A stretch of DNA of 64,000 bases from Octopus sinensis (Eukaryota), in contig NC_043024.1 of assembly GCF_006345805.1 (NCBI RefSeq), positions 744,001 to 808,000 of the forward strand, in the 5' to 3' direction. Positions 24,601 to 36,300 of the stretch are shown here, in pieces (within the stretch, counting starts at the first letter, position 1; each line of letters opens with the position of its first letter). Both the position numbers and the translations under genes were made by a program. A model generated the notes under the pieces. The model was not told where the DNA came from and did not search any database. It saw nothing but the letters and a program-made list of their open reading frames with translations.

Positions 24601-27600
24601 AATGTCTCCCAAAGTACACAAGGAAATCCATGTCTGGACAGCAGACCCTTGTCCAGACATGAAATTGCACCCATATTCAAATTTGAAACTGTATGCTGAA
24701 GAAGTTTCTAATAAAATCCTTTTGAAGCAAAACCCCTTTACTTATGCATCTGAGATTAGCCCCTATAAATAAAATTGTTCCCAACCCCTACCCCACAGTT
24801 TTAGAAAATATTCACATAAATTTTGGCCCTACTGTATCTAATTATACATAACCCTTTAGCATTTAAACTAACCACATCCGGCCTAAATATTGTTTTATGT
24901 TCAAATCAGTCGGATCAGGCCTCTCATACTTACTCTACAATGTCAGTTTAAAAATTTACAATCGCAGCATTGAAATCCCAAAGCTATGAGATAATCCAGG
25001 ATTAATTCAAAACAATGTGAATAAACATTACATCTGAGAGAGTAATCGGAATGCTAAAGAGTTAAACACTGAAGGTTCTTAAAGGGATGTCTTAAGGACG
25101 GACCCACAGTCTGCTACAGGGTCTCAAATCATAGAATGGTTTCGTAATGACTTTACAGGTAAACTTCATCAATAAATGATATAAAAAAAAACCAAAAACA
25201 AAAAAAAAATCGTAAATATGATGCTTACATATGACTTAATTACCAACATTCTTAATTACTTTCCTACATAAATAATTATGAACATTAATTAGCAAATATA
25301 TATATTAACATATAAAAAAAGGTGTCATAGCAAATGATGCCAAACTTAGTCCATTCTAATTCATTTTTTTTTAATTATGACAATTGTATTCATATTGTGA
25401 CGAACACACCAGGAAATATGTTTGTATAAAAGACATTGAAGGTTAGTGTTTTCAAATTACAGAAAGGCAACCTACAAATAAAGAATTTCACACATCTTTC
25501 ATGATATACTTGGCAAAATTTTAGCTATGGACAATAATTTACCATACCTCCTTGCAACATAACCCCCCCAAACTGTTTGTGTGTTTGTGTGTGAGCATGC
25601 ATAAAAATAGTGTTACGAAATCTAAAATATTAAGTGTTCAGTGAGTGAAAAGTAGCTTAAATGATTTTAATAAATATATATATAGAAAGATATACAAAAT
25701 ATTTGTTGTGTGTAATGAAAAGAAGATTACATATACCAAGGAAGGTTTGGAACAATGGATCTTTTGGTTGACTGTACACATCAGCAGAGTCAGAAGAACC
25801 AAGAATGATTGAACAAAACCCAGGATTTGGATATGCAATTCTATCTATCTTACATTTATGACAAACATATATGACTAACATAAGGGTGCATTCAGTGTTT
25901 TCATGTTCTTGTATCGTACAAGAAACAAAAGCAATTAGTAATTACACACACACACATATATACATATACACACACATATATACTCTGAATATAAGTTAGT
26001 AATAAGTGTGAAATTGATAAAGTGGGAAGTGATGGAGATGTTTGTGATTGTGACAAGAGAAAATAAAGGGATAAAGAGATGATACAATATGATGAAAATG
26101 ATGTAACTAGGAAGAAATGACTGATTAAATATTCTTCTTGAAAGAGGCAGAGGGCAAGGGTAAAAGTGTATGTTGCTGATGCTAAGCCCATCATAGTCTA
26201 TCTAACCCCACTACATACATTTAACATTTTACATACATTATATGCTGTCTTTGTGGTTTTCCTGTGCAAAACCTCATGCTTCTCTGATGTGCAGAAAGGG
26301 CACTACAAGTTAAAATGAAACAGTGAGAAGAAACATTTAGTTCCCCAGAAAACAAAAAAAAAGGAAAAGAAACACAATAGCCAAATGAAAGATTCCTCAA
26401 TAGCAGAATGGTAAAGAAACAGTAAAAACACAAAAAAAAAACAAACAAAAATAGTTTTTAAAAAAATAAACAGACAAAAAGTCAAGTGAAAAAACCCCCA
26501 AAACGAGAAATAAAGGGTTAATTGAAAAACTGCTGAGCTCCATAGTCAAATACCAATATTAATTATCACATTGTTTTCTGTTAGACATTTATACCAAAAA
26601 GTCAACTGTGGGTGTACCTCAACACTGAAACATGTTACGGATAGAGATGATCTCTCACCAAAGCTCTACTCCAGATAAATAGATAATCCTGGTTACACTT
26701 AAGTACCATGAACAGACAGAGTTCCTTAGCAGAGGCAGTGGAGGTTCTGGGTAATCAAAGACTTCATTAGTTCACTCCATGCCATGAGACACAAAAGGCC
26801 ACAACAGGATCTCTCGAATCAGCTCAGTTTTCTGCCGCTGTTACTGGTCTCACTCCAACTTCTCCACCCTTCTCGTCTTCTTTCCTTGTCAACGGTCCTT
26901 CATCAAGGGGTTTTAGGGCACCCTGCTGTTCTTTTCACCTTAGTTCTACTATAGAGTGATGAAACAAGATGCTGAAGCTGGAACTGGATTGGATGTCCTC
27001 AGCCAAGATCAAGAAGGCCTTTGTACTTGAAGAATACTACAAGTAAGTCCTTATAAGGACAACATCTTATCAATGGTGTTGTGTGCATCAGTCAACTGTT
27101 TAATGCCAGAGAAACTTTCAATAAGTTCCAGAATATAATCATCATCATCATCATCATCTTCATTCAGCATCTGCTTTCCATGCTGGCATGGGTTGGATGG
27201 TTTGACTGAAATTGGTAAGCTGGTGAGCAGCACCAGGTTCCAATCTGATTTGGCAAGGTTTCTAGTTGGATGCCCATCCTAACAGCAACTACTCCAAGAG
27301 TGTAATGGGTGCCAGTCACGTGCCACCAGCATCGACCATAACTAGGATTTCACTCGGCTTGATGAGTCTTCTCAAGCACAAGATATCGCCAAAGGTCACA
27401 GCCCCTTATCCCCTCCATGAGGCCCAAAATTCAAAAGGTACTTTTTACATGCCTGTTACGTGACACTGGCATCGGCCAGGACTACATCAAATGTTTAACA
27501 ATTAATTCGATATTCTCTTTAATTCAGTTTCATATGGGTTAAGTCAACCAAGTCACCCCAGCTATCATCAAACCTCGATCTTGTGGGTTGCCAGCAATTG

Positions 27601-29703
27601 TGTCGTATCCCTGGTTAGCTTACATCATCTGCACTCATCATCATCGTTTTAATGTCCACTGTTCCCATGCTTGCATAGATCAGGGGGAATCTATTGAAGC
27701 AGGTTTCCTTATGCTCAGATGCCCTTCTGATTACCAACCGCCATTTGTTTCCAAGCAAGGTAACATTTCCCCCATGGCCAGGCATGATTTTCACAGAAGA
27801 CTGGAAATGGACAAACTAGCTGATGTGAATGACAAGATGGTCATTTACAGTCATCACGTGATGTCTGGACAAGGGCACACACACACAAAGGTTTCTTTCA
27901 GTCTCCATCACCTGAATCCATTCACAACCCTTTGGTTGGCCAGGGACACAGTTTCAAAGCAAGAGTTCCAAATAGAGCAATCAACTGAACTACCTACATA
28001 TTGTATCATGAAATCACTGGCCGAGTATTCCACAAACACCTTTAATCCTTAGGCCTTTACTCTGTCAAATGTAATGCCTTTTATTCACATGGTTTTGAAT
28101 TAAACATCCGTTATCTCGTAACTTTGAGACTTCAATGATGTTATTGTTTATTTTGAGGACATCGTAGGGTAGGAGTGAAAGGTCAAAGGTTAATACAACC
28201 GTTAGGCAGAATCAAAGGGATACTGCATGGTAAGGCTAGGGTCCTCAGATCATGACTGCCATCAATCTGATGGGTTTCCATACTGCTTCTGTGTCTCACT
28301 GTGGTTGAAGAGACTATAGACATGTTGACCTCAAAATCAGTTTGACATTGCATGTAACAAGACTTGAGCCCTCAAATTAAGCGTAGTCCATCTGACGGGT
28401 TACTCCACACAGCAGCACAGCTGGAATGTGTGCAGCCCTTTGTACAATTACAACCAAAGCTATATTTATCAAGAACTTATCTGCTCTCCTCACAGTCTCC
28501 GATATAATTGCTGTTGAAGTCCGAAATGGAGGTTTTCCTCAGAACCATTTCATAATTCTTATTCGTTTATGTTGAAACCTCTCCTCATGTCCATTTAGAA
28601 GTCAAATGAACCGTCTCATACCTCTCAGGATAAAATCTCAGCTCAAAACTATTCTGCTCTCTGTTGCTCTCCAAGCCATGTAAAACCCAAACATATCTTT
28701 TGCTTTTCTAGACTACAGCCAGGCTGGTGGCGCTGCCTTGAAGAATTTTAGTCAAGCAAATCAATCCCAGGATTTATTTTTTTTTGTTTTTCTAAAAGCT
28801 TCGTACTTGTTCCATTTTTTTGCCAAACTGTTAAGTTATAAGGATGTCAACACATCAACACAGGTTGTCGAGTAGTGATGGGGGGAACAAAAACAGACAC
28901 AGAGACACACACACACACAGAGGCTTCTTTCAATCTCCGTCTACCAAATCTACTCAAGACTTTGGTCAGCCCAAAGCTACAGTAGAAGACACTTGCCCAA
29001 GGTGCCGCACAGTGGGACTGAACCCAGAACCATGTGGTTGGAAGGCAAACTTCTTACCACAATCAACCCTCCACAAATTATACTTTCATTTCTTCTTCAA
29101 ACCAAGTCACTTATTTACTACTGCTTTATTCCACCATTGGACAAAAGAGCCTCCATGTGATCACTCAACCTACTAGAAACAGCAACTAAACCTCCCTCAA
29201 ATTACACCCTAGCATCTTGGAAAGAGAAAGAATACACTGAATAATGTGGTCCTAGATATACTGATACAATGATGCCTGGTTAGGAGAAAAACATGTCATC
29301 GTCGAGCTGAGGTGGGACTAAGCAACAATCACTATCTCTGGTTATTATATCTCTGCTGTGTGCAAAACACCTGTCCTGTGATTACAGGTAGGTTGTTCTC
29401 CAAGAATAGCCAGCAATATAAGTGTGTGTGTGTGTGTGTGTGTGTTTGTCTTTATGTAACTAAGCTATGAAATGATATCTAATGGGAGAGAGAGAGAGAG
29501 AGAGAGAGAGATGGAAAAATGAGGGAGACGGGGGAGCAACAAATAGGAAATGACTATGCAGAGAGGAGGTGCACATATAAAACAGTTAATGATAAGGTGG
29601 AAGTGATGGAGGTAATTCCACTGGAAAAAATGAGCAACAACAACAACAACACTTGCAGCAGCAATGGTTAAGGGTAGCGATAAGAAAACCAGGGAGTACT
29701 TAC

Positions 29704-29860
29704 TCAGGAGAATTCATATTAAGGCCTAGAGTAGTGAGATCTATTCCGGGAGCTAAAGCAACTAGATTAGGATCATTTTCAGCAGCTCTGATGAATGTCA
29801 GAAGCCCAACAATTCCAAACTGATCGGTGACCATTCCAGAGGGGATATTTGACACAGTAC
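29704..29860 (-). CDS. CNOT2: CNOT2 coding exon (start of the conserved C-terminal region)
   Basis: tctttcAG / GTAAGT; 157 nt; GTVSNIPSGMVTDQFGIVGLLTFIRAAENDPNLVALAPGIDLTTLGLNMNSPE. Confidence 0.97.
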
Positions 29861-29993
29861 CTGAAAGACAGTGAAAAAAGAAAAAAAAAAAAAAAAAAAA
29901 AGAAGGGGGGAGAGAAAAGAAAAAAAGGATGCATTATAGAATACTGTTAAAGTACAGCTTCTTAAATACGGGTGGATAAAATTTTTTTTTAAA

Positions 29994-30086
29994 TATCATT
30001 ATCATCGACAGAGGTGGAGCTAGCAAAAATTAGGGAAGAGAAAAAGAAAAAGAACAGGAGATAAAGAGGTTTGATCTACAGGATCA
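29994..30086 (-). pseudogene. Degenerate duplicate (pseudoexon) of the 41-nt CNOT2 exon at 31556-31596 plus its upstream intron
   Basis: Aligns by eye with ~31570-31659 (GACA.AGGTGGA.CTA.CA.AAATTAGGGAAG.GAAAAAGAAAA..CAGGAGATAA..AGGTTT.ATCTACAGGATCA); apparent 1-nt deletion; donor missing. Confidence 0.8.
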
Positions 30087-30169
30087 GTATCTTAAGTATA
30101 AGGACCTAGGATGGATACAATATAAAGACAATTTCAGCAGTATTTGAACTCAGAACAAAAGCTTCAAAG

Positions 30170-30437
30170 CAGTGGTTCTCAACATGACCCTTTGGGGAGG
30201 GGGGGGCACAGAAGATTTTGTTGTTAAAAATTATGTCCAATAAGTTGGTCCTACTTCTCCAATACACCAAAAATATTTTAATTTGCATTGATACATTTCC
30301 TAATAATAATTAATTATCAAAATATAATTAAAATAGGGTTTTTTAAAACTGAATTGCTATGAGGATCCATTTGGGTAAATTAGGGATTAAAGGGGTCCAA
30401 AGGTAAAAAAAAAAGAAAAAAGGGTTGAGAACAACTG
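30170..30437. mobile_element. hAT (Charlie/Buster-type) MITE
   Basis: TIRs CAGTGGTTCTCAAC ... GTTGAGAACAACTG; degenerate 8-bp flanks; same family as 47170-47492. Confidence 0.75.
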
Positions 30438-30499
30438 CCTTAAACAAAAGGCTTTGGGACTTCAAACTCTCTCTCACACAAAGGAAGGAATGGACTTAC

Positions 30500-30617
30500 C
30501 ATCATGGTGTGTTTGTATACCGCGGTTAGGTTTAGTACAGGATGTTTTTTCAACCTGGAACTTATTACCATCTTTACTAACAGCTTGCTCATATGTTCCC
30601 GATACTGAACTGGTTGG
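30500..30617 (-). CDS. CNOT2: CNOT2 coding exon
   Basis: tctctgttAG / GTAAGT; 118 nt; PTSSVSGTYEQAVSKDGNKFQVEKTSCTKPNRGIQTHHD(G), compare recalled human DGPKF...KGIQVLPDG. Confidence 0.9.
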
Positions 30618-31555
30618 CTAACAGAGACAGCAAGATAACGAACAGTCATTATACGGCTCATTAAAACAGAATTTTACAGGAGGGCAAGGGGAAAGGGTCA
30701 TATAAGGGCTTCCAACCTTTACAAAGGGATGCTTCAGCTAATTACCTTTACAGCTACTAGTTACATCAACCCTTTACTCAAAGACATTCCAGCCATACCA
30801 ATCCCATCTTTTACTCAAACATAGCATCTAGAATTACATTAAAATACACTTTGTTTCAGTTAATCTCGAAAATTATGAAGAATTTAGGGAAAATTACACG
30901 AGTGTTTGGAACATAAATTTACAGGAAATTTTGATGGAGGGTTTTAATTTAAATCACCTTAAAACAGGAAGTCTGTATCATAGAAGCAGGGATGGTCATG
31001 GTCGGATTGGTATCAAAAGGGTTAACTAACCATTTTTTAAAATCAGTAGTGTGTGATGAGATTGGGTTCTCATATCTAGCGTATCAAACAACCACAGTTT
31101 CTGCAATCTATGTCCATCAAATTTCACAAAGGTTTCAGCTGACCCAACACTAAATATGAGAGAAGATACTTGCCCAAGACATCAGACAGTGAGATCAAAC
31201 TGAAAACCCTGTGATTAAGAAATAAATCTCTTCACCACATGGTGAGCAAACATTAACTTTTCATATGCTGACCTATCACCACACTCACAGAATTTCTCAA
31301 TAATCATTCATATATTCTCTATGTTTTTCGATATCAGAATGGGTTGAATATGTCTGCAATTTCTACATCTCACAGCGAAAGTTTCCATCATAACACAAGA
31401 CAATTTAGAATTAGTTTCAAGTCCTGCCCCCACTTAAATAGAAGGGTAAGGTTGGGAAGTCCCTATACACCCTACTCCCCTATACACCATCCTGCAAAAG
31501 CAAGCAAACAACAGGATACACTTCAAAAAATCAAAATAAAACCAGGTATACTCAC

Positions 31556-31596
31556 AGTTTTTCGTGAAAAATCATTTGTCGTTGACACAGGTGGAT
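31556..31596 (-). CDS. CNOT2: CNOT2 short coding exon
   Basis: tttctgttAG / GTGAGT; 41 nt, phase 1 to 0, exactly bridging its neighbours; (N)PPVSTTNDFSRKT. Confidence 0.88.
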
Positions 31597-31799
31597 CTAA
31601 CAGAAATTAGGGAAGGGAAAAAGAAAACAGGAGATAATTAGGTTTCATCTACAGGATCAATAATTAAAACATCCAATATAAAACATTCACACACACAGCC
31701 GAAGACAGAAGGGATTATAATTTTTGTATGGCTTTTGTTGTTGCTGTTTAGTTCTTTTCCTCCTCTACAACTTATTTTTCAAATTTTAAAAAATTCTAC

Positions 31800-32420
31800 T
31801 TCTTTTCAAACATATAACAATGGAGTACCAAATTTGAAAAAGAAAAGCTTAGCTGACAACTCAATAATAAATGAAGAGAAGTGGACCCAACGGAGCCTTG
31901 CAGGACACTACTAGTGACCTTCATTGAGCTCCAGTAGAGCCACTGATGACCTGTGGAGTATTGCTAACCAGGAAACAAACCAGTTCAATAGTTTCCCAGA
32001 CTTCAATTATTATTATAAAGCTTTCTGAACAGAATGTTGTGCTCCGTTGTCAAAGTCAAGCTTTTATGGCATCTCCCGTTTGCAGCTTCCCCTGAGAACA
32101 TTTTAAACATTGTCAAAGGGATGCGGAAACTGTGTTAGGCAGTCTCTGCCAGATCAAAATCCATATTGGTTGGGATTTAGGAGATTAAAGCCAGGTAGTA
32201 AGCGACTGAGGAAGATTAATTAACTGCTTTGGTTGCCATAGTAATGGATGTGGTGATGCTGAAAGGAGAATGTGCTGTACTTAGCAGGTGAGATGAGGGA
32301 GAATATTGTTCAGGTGAGCAGAGAGAAAGGTATTGTGATTAGAAGCTGCTGAGATTAGAAGGAAGGGAGAGGCAAATAGGAACAGTTATAGGAAATTTGG
32401 TCAAACATTTTTGCCATAAG
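31800..32420 (-). mobile_element. Decayed non-LTR retrotransposon (CR1/Jockey-like) reverse transcriptase fragment
   Basis: Frameshifted minus-strand motifs NPNQYGF..GRDCLTQ and VTSSVLQGSV.GPLLFIYY (GVPQGSVLGPLLF-like). Confidence 0.65.
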
Positions 32421-32800
32421 AAATTTCATTCTAAATGACCATCAGGATCGTTAAATGTTTGACACTAAATAAAGACATTTTATATATATTTTAAAAAATG
32501 TTGATATAATATGCTTTATCCAAGGTGAAATTTCTAACAGCGTATTTCCTGGACACATACAGATACATAGTCAAGTTCTAAACTTGAAAAGTTCAAAGCA
32601 ATCAGAGACAGGGAAGGATAAATGAAAGAAAAAAACGGGACAAAAAGAAAATAAAGTAGAAAGGGAGAAGGAGAAGCAAACAGAGAGAGGTGAAGGGAAA
32701 GAAGAAAGATGAGGAAGACATTAAAGGGTACTGAGCAGAATGGGAAGAGGGGTGAGGGAAGGAAGAAAGGTATAAAAAAAGCAAAAAAGGTCAAACATAC

Positions 32801-32887
32801 TCTGAGAGCCAGGTAATGCTGGAAAATCTTCTTGTTGAATTTGGAACTCTGGTGTTTGTTCTTGAACAGGTTTGTTTACCATTCCAA
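32801..32887 (-). CDS. CNOT2: CNOT2 coding exon
   Basis: ctctctaattcAG / GTATGT; 87 nt; (V)GMVNKPVQEQTPEFQIQQEDFPALPGSQ versus recalled human VGMVTKPANEQSQDFSIHNEDFPALPGS. Confidence 0.95.
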
Positions 32888-33742
32888 CTGAATTAGAGAG
32901 AATCAAAAGTCAATTGTTTCACATTTCTTCAGACGATTCTTATCAGACAAAAATGCTCACACACACAAATAGAGAAGGCCCGAGAGAAATTTATGGTTAC
33001 TAAGTTATCAATGGTTACTAAAACCTCTAGCCCTTATTCAACACAGGTTTAAGGGAGCTACACATACACAGCCAAAGCTGTTACTAGACAATGGCTACGC
33101 TGAGGATAAGAGTCAATGATATTGATCTCGGTACTGGGAGACAAATTGGTCCTTTAACATTATGGATTATGCCATCGGTACACACACACACACAAAAACT
33201 GTAATCATTTGATCAGCCTATGGCATGAAATGAAATTCATTAACACAAGGCTTTAACAAATGAATTGTAGCCAAGTCCTGAACCACACCTAACTGCAATT
33301 CAAATAGCTGCTGTTTGGGAGGTGGGGGTGACTGGAACTAAGCACTTGTCTGTGCAAGAAATAAGTTTTAGCCTCCTTTCAGAAAGAACTTCTTCTTCCC
33401 ATTATGTGGACATTCACAATGCACACCAACAATCATTATAGGGTATCAGCAAACTTTGGTCACATGCAGGCAATTAATACATGTTTATGATTTTAATATG
33501 AGACTAACTGCATTTCATCAAAAGACTTTAGTGTTTAACAGGATTCAGAGGTTTATACAGAGGACTCTTGGAGTTAGTTCAATACATATCTTAACACATA
33601 TTAAACAAGGTTAACCCAGTCACTTACACACACAAAACAATGAATGGAGTAAGGAATAAAGTTTTATAAACTACAACACTGAATCAAAACTAAGGAGATT
33701 AAGAAGATTTCGAGCAGAGCGTATATCAATACAATTTCATAT

Positions 33743-33795
<53 letters not shown>

Positions 33796-33856
33796 TAATG
33801 CAATACGAGAGTATTGCTTTCCAGTAAAGAATAGCCCGTGAGGGAAAATTATACAG

Positions 33857-33991
33857 AGAAGTAAATATATGGCACAACAAAGTACCGATATTTACTGGAA
33901 AATAGCGAACGTAATAAATTTATTATGTATTTATTACGTTCGCTATTTTGCAGTAAATATCGGTACTTCGTTGTGCCATATATTTACTTCT
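33857..33991. repeat. Long inverted repeat: 63-bp arms, 9-nt loop, 2 mismatches
   Basis: 33857-33919 is the reverse complement of 33929-33991; flanked by (TA)n tracts. Confidence 0.95.
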
Positions 33992-34018
33992 ATGTATATA
34001 TGTATATATATATGTATA

Positions 34019-35030
34019 TATTGGGTCATCCCATAAATACAGATTTTTTTATACTTATTTTTATTTTTCAAAATTAAGATAAACAAAATTAAGATATACC
34101 CTCCTTCATTTTCTACAATGCTCTTCCATCTATCTGGTAGACTTACAAGCCCCCTCTCCCAAAATTCACTTGTCTGTGACAACAAAAATACTCCACCTAT
34201 ACTGTTCTGACCATGTCTACAGAATTCTAATTTTTCTGTCCAAATGATTTTGAAGACTGCGGGAGAAATGAGAATGAGATGGGGCAATGTCTGGTGAATA
34301 TGGTGGGTGGGACATCATTTCCCATTCAAACTGCTCCAGCCTTTGGAATGTTATCCTCGCTGTATGTGGCTGAGCATTATCTTGGTGGAAGAACATCTTT
34401 CATCTTGAAACCAAAGATGGTCATTTTTCTTCCAGTGCTGACTTCAGCCACTCAAGCTGCTTGCAGTAGATCTCCTTTCTTATCATTTGGATTGGATTTT
34501 TAACAGTTCAAAGTGGACTAAACCTTTCATAGCTCACCAAACAGATAGCGACATCTTACATAGGTGAAGACCTTCGTTAGCCTGGGGTGCCAGTGCTTCT
34601 CTTTTTCCTACCCAATGTCTTCAGCAATTGACATTTATAGAGAACCCATTTCTCATCACTACTCACTATTCAGTCCAAAAAAGGTTCATTCATGAGACGT
34701 GACAGCAAAGAAGAGCACACATTCACTCTGTGTGTGCGATTAGACTTGCAAAGTTTGTGAGGAACCCATTGACCCTATTTGCTGACTTTTCCAATGGCAT
34801 GTAGGTGTCAATGAATGGTTGAATGACCAAATCCAAGCTTCTCTGCTAGTTCCTTAACAGTTATGATGAGATTTTGTTCCACCAGGGTTTGCAGGATGTC
34901 CTTGTCGAGCTCTACAGATCTTCCAGAATGAGGCTTGTCTTCTAAGCTCTAATTTCCGGCTCAGAATTTCTTGAACCACCATTGACACTGGCGTACGCTT
35001 ATTGTCCGATCCCTACATACTGCATTAAGA
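34019..35030 (-). mobile_element. Near full-length decayed mariner transposon
   Basis: Terminus TATTGGGTCATCCCATAA; minus-strand remnants RTISVRQCQWWFKKF...SLEDKPHSGR, SHPPYSPDIAPS and SEFWERGLVSLPDRWKSIVENEGGYI; stops and frameshifts. Confidence 0.88.
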
Positions 35031-35148
35031 ATAACCACAAGGTAAAATTACTACCTGCTTTTATAGCAAGTTGATGCAGGTAGTTTATCCCATATCCCTC
35101 TGACTTTTAGTTCATGCAATTGAAAAAACCCACATGTATGAAATAACC

Positions 35149-35209
<61 letters not shown>

Positions 35210-35819
35210 AATCCAAACAAGAAAGCACAAACAAAACACAACAACGTGAGGACGTGGAATAAATATAGTATTATTGGACGCTCAGGAAAGAAGGAGGGTT
35301 TAACGTTTTGAGCGGAGCTCTTCGTTGGAAACATAAGAGAAGGAAAGATCCAGAGAAGGGAAGACAGAGGAAAAAAAAAATCACCAACGGTACACAAGCG
35401 GTCACAGACATACATGCAATATTTAATATTAATTACTTAAAAATATAGAATATCATGATGAACAAAAAATATAATGTATAAAATAGGTTAAAATTCCAAG
35501 AAATAAAAGAATGATATTAACAGTATTAGAATTTAAATTAGTAAATGGATCTAACATTAATTTTCAAAAGAAGTATTCTAATTAAATGATTGTTGGAACT
35601 GCCTATGTTCCCTATTTTAAGTGGTGGAATGTTCCATAGACATATGTTATCGACATGTTACCATAAACTCCCTCTTATCCAGTGCTCAAATAACCAGAAT
35701 CCTCGAGCAAACAGCACGCAGGGAAGAAAAAATATATTGCTGATTACAGTCAAGAGAATGGGGGCTAATTTCTGTCAACTGTCACAAAAAAAAAAACAAA
35801 AAAACAATTTTCAAAAATG

Positions 35820-36300
35820 GACCATTGATTCCCGGACTATTTTTGCAGTGTGCCAACAGTTGGCAGCACAGAGTTGCATGTGCAGTGAGAGCTAGCAGTG
35901 ACCTTTATGGGGCAGTGTGCTGAGTGTCATTACTGTTTACTTTGCAAGCTGTGAAATTTGTGTTTCTGTTATCACATCTCTGTTGTAGTCTGTGATTTTG
36001 TGATGGACAAGAACAAAGAACCAACGTGAAATTTTGTGCTAAGCTTTGGAAGTCTGCTACAGAGACATTGAGCATGCTTCGGCAAGCTTACAACAATGAG
36101 GCAATGAGTTGTACATGTTTTGAGTGGCACAGGGGCTTCAAAAGCAGAAGAATGTCCCTGGAAGGCCTGCCACACTCTCAGAAATGTGGCACTGTGCATT
36201 GAGAATTCATCCCTCAGGGACAGATCCTCAAGAGTTCTACTGTGATGTTTTGAAACATTTGAGAGAGGACATTTGATGAAAACGACTGGATCTGTGGAGC
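35820..36300 (+). mobile_element. Decayed mariner fragment, same family as 8068-8500
   Basis: EQRTNVKFCAKLWKSATETLSMLRQAYNNEAMS; shared flank GCAAG.TGT.AAATTTGTGT. Confidence 0.75.

Noticed and set aside
26590-26690. Another AG...GT exon candidate in the CNOT2 intron
   Set aside because: Stops occur in all three frames and the acceptor is weak.
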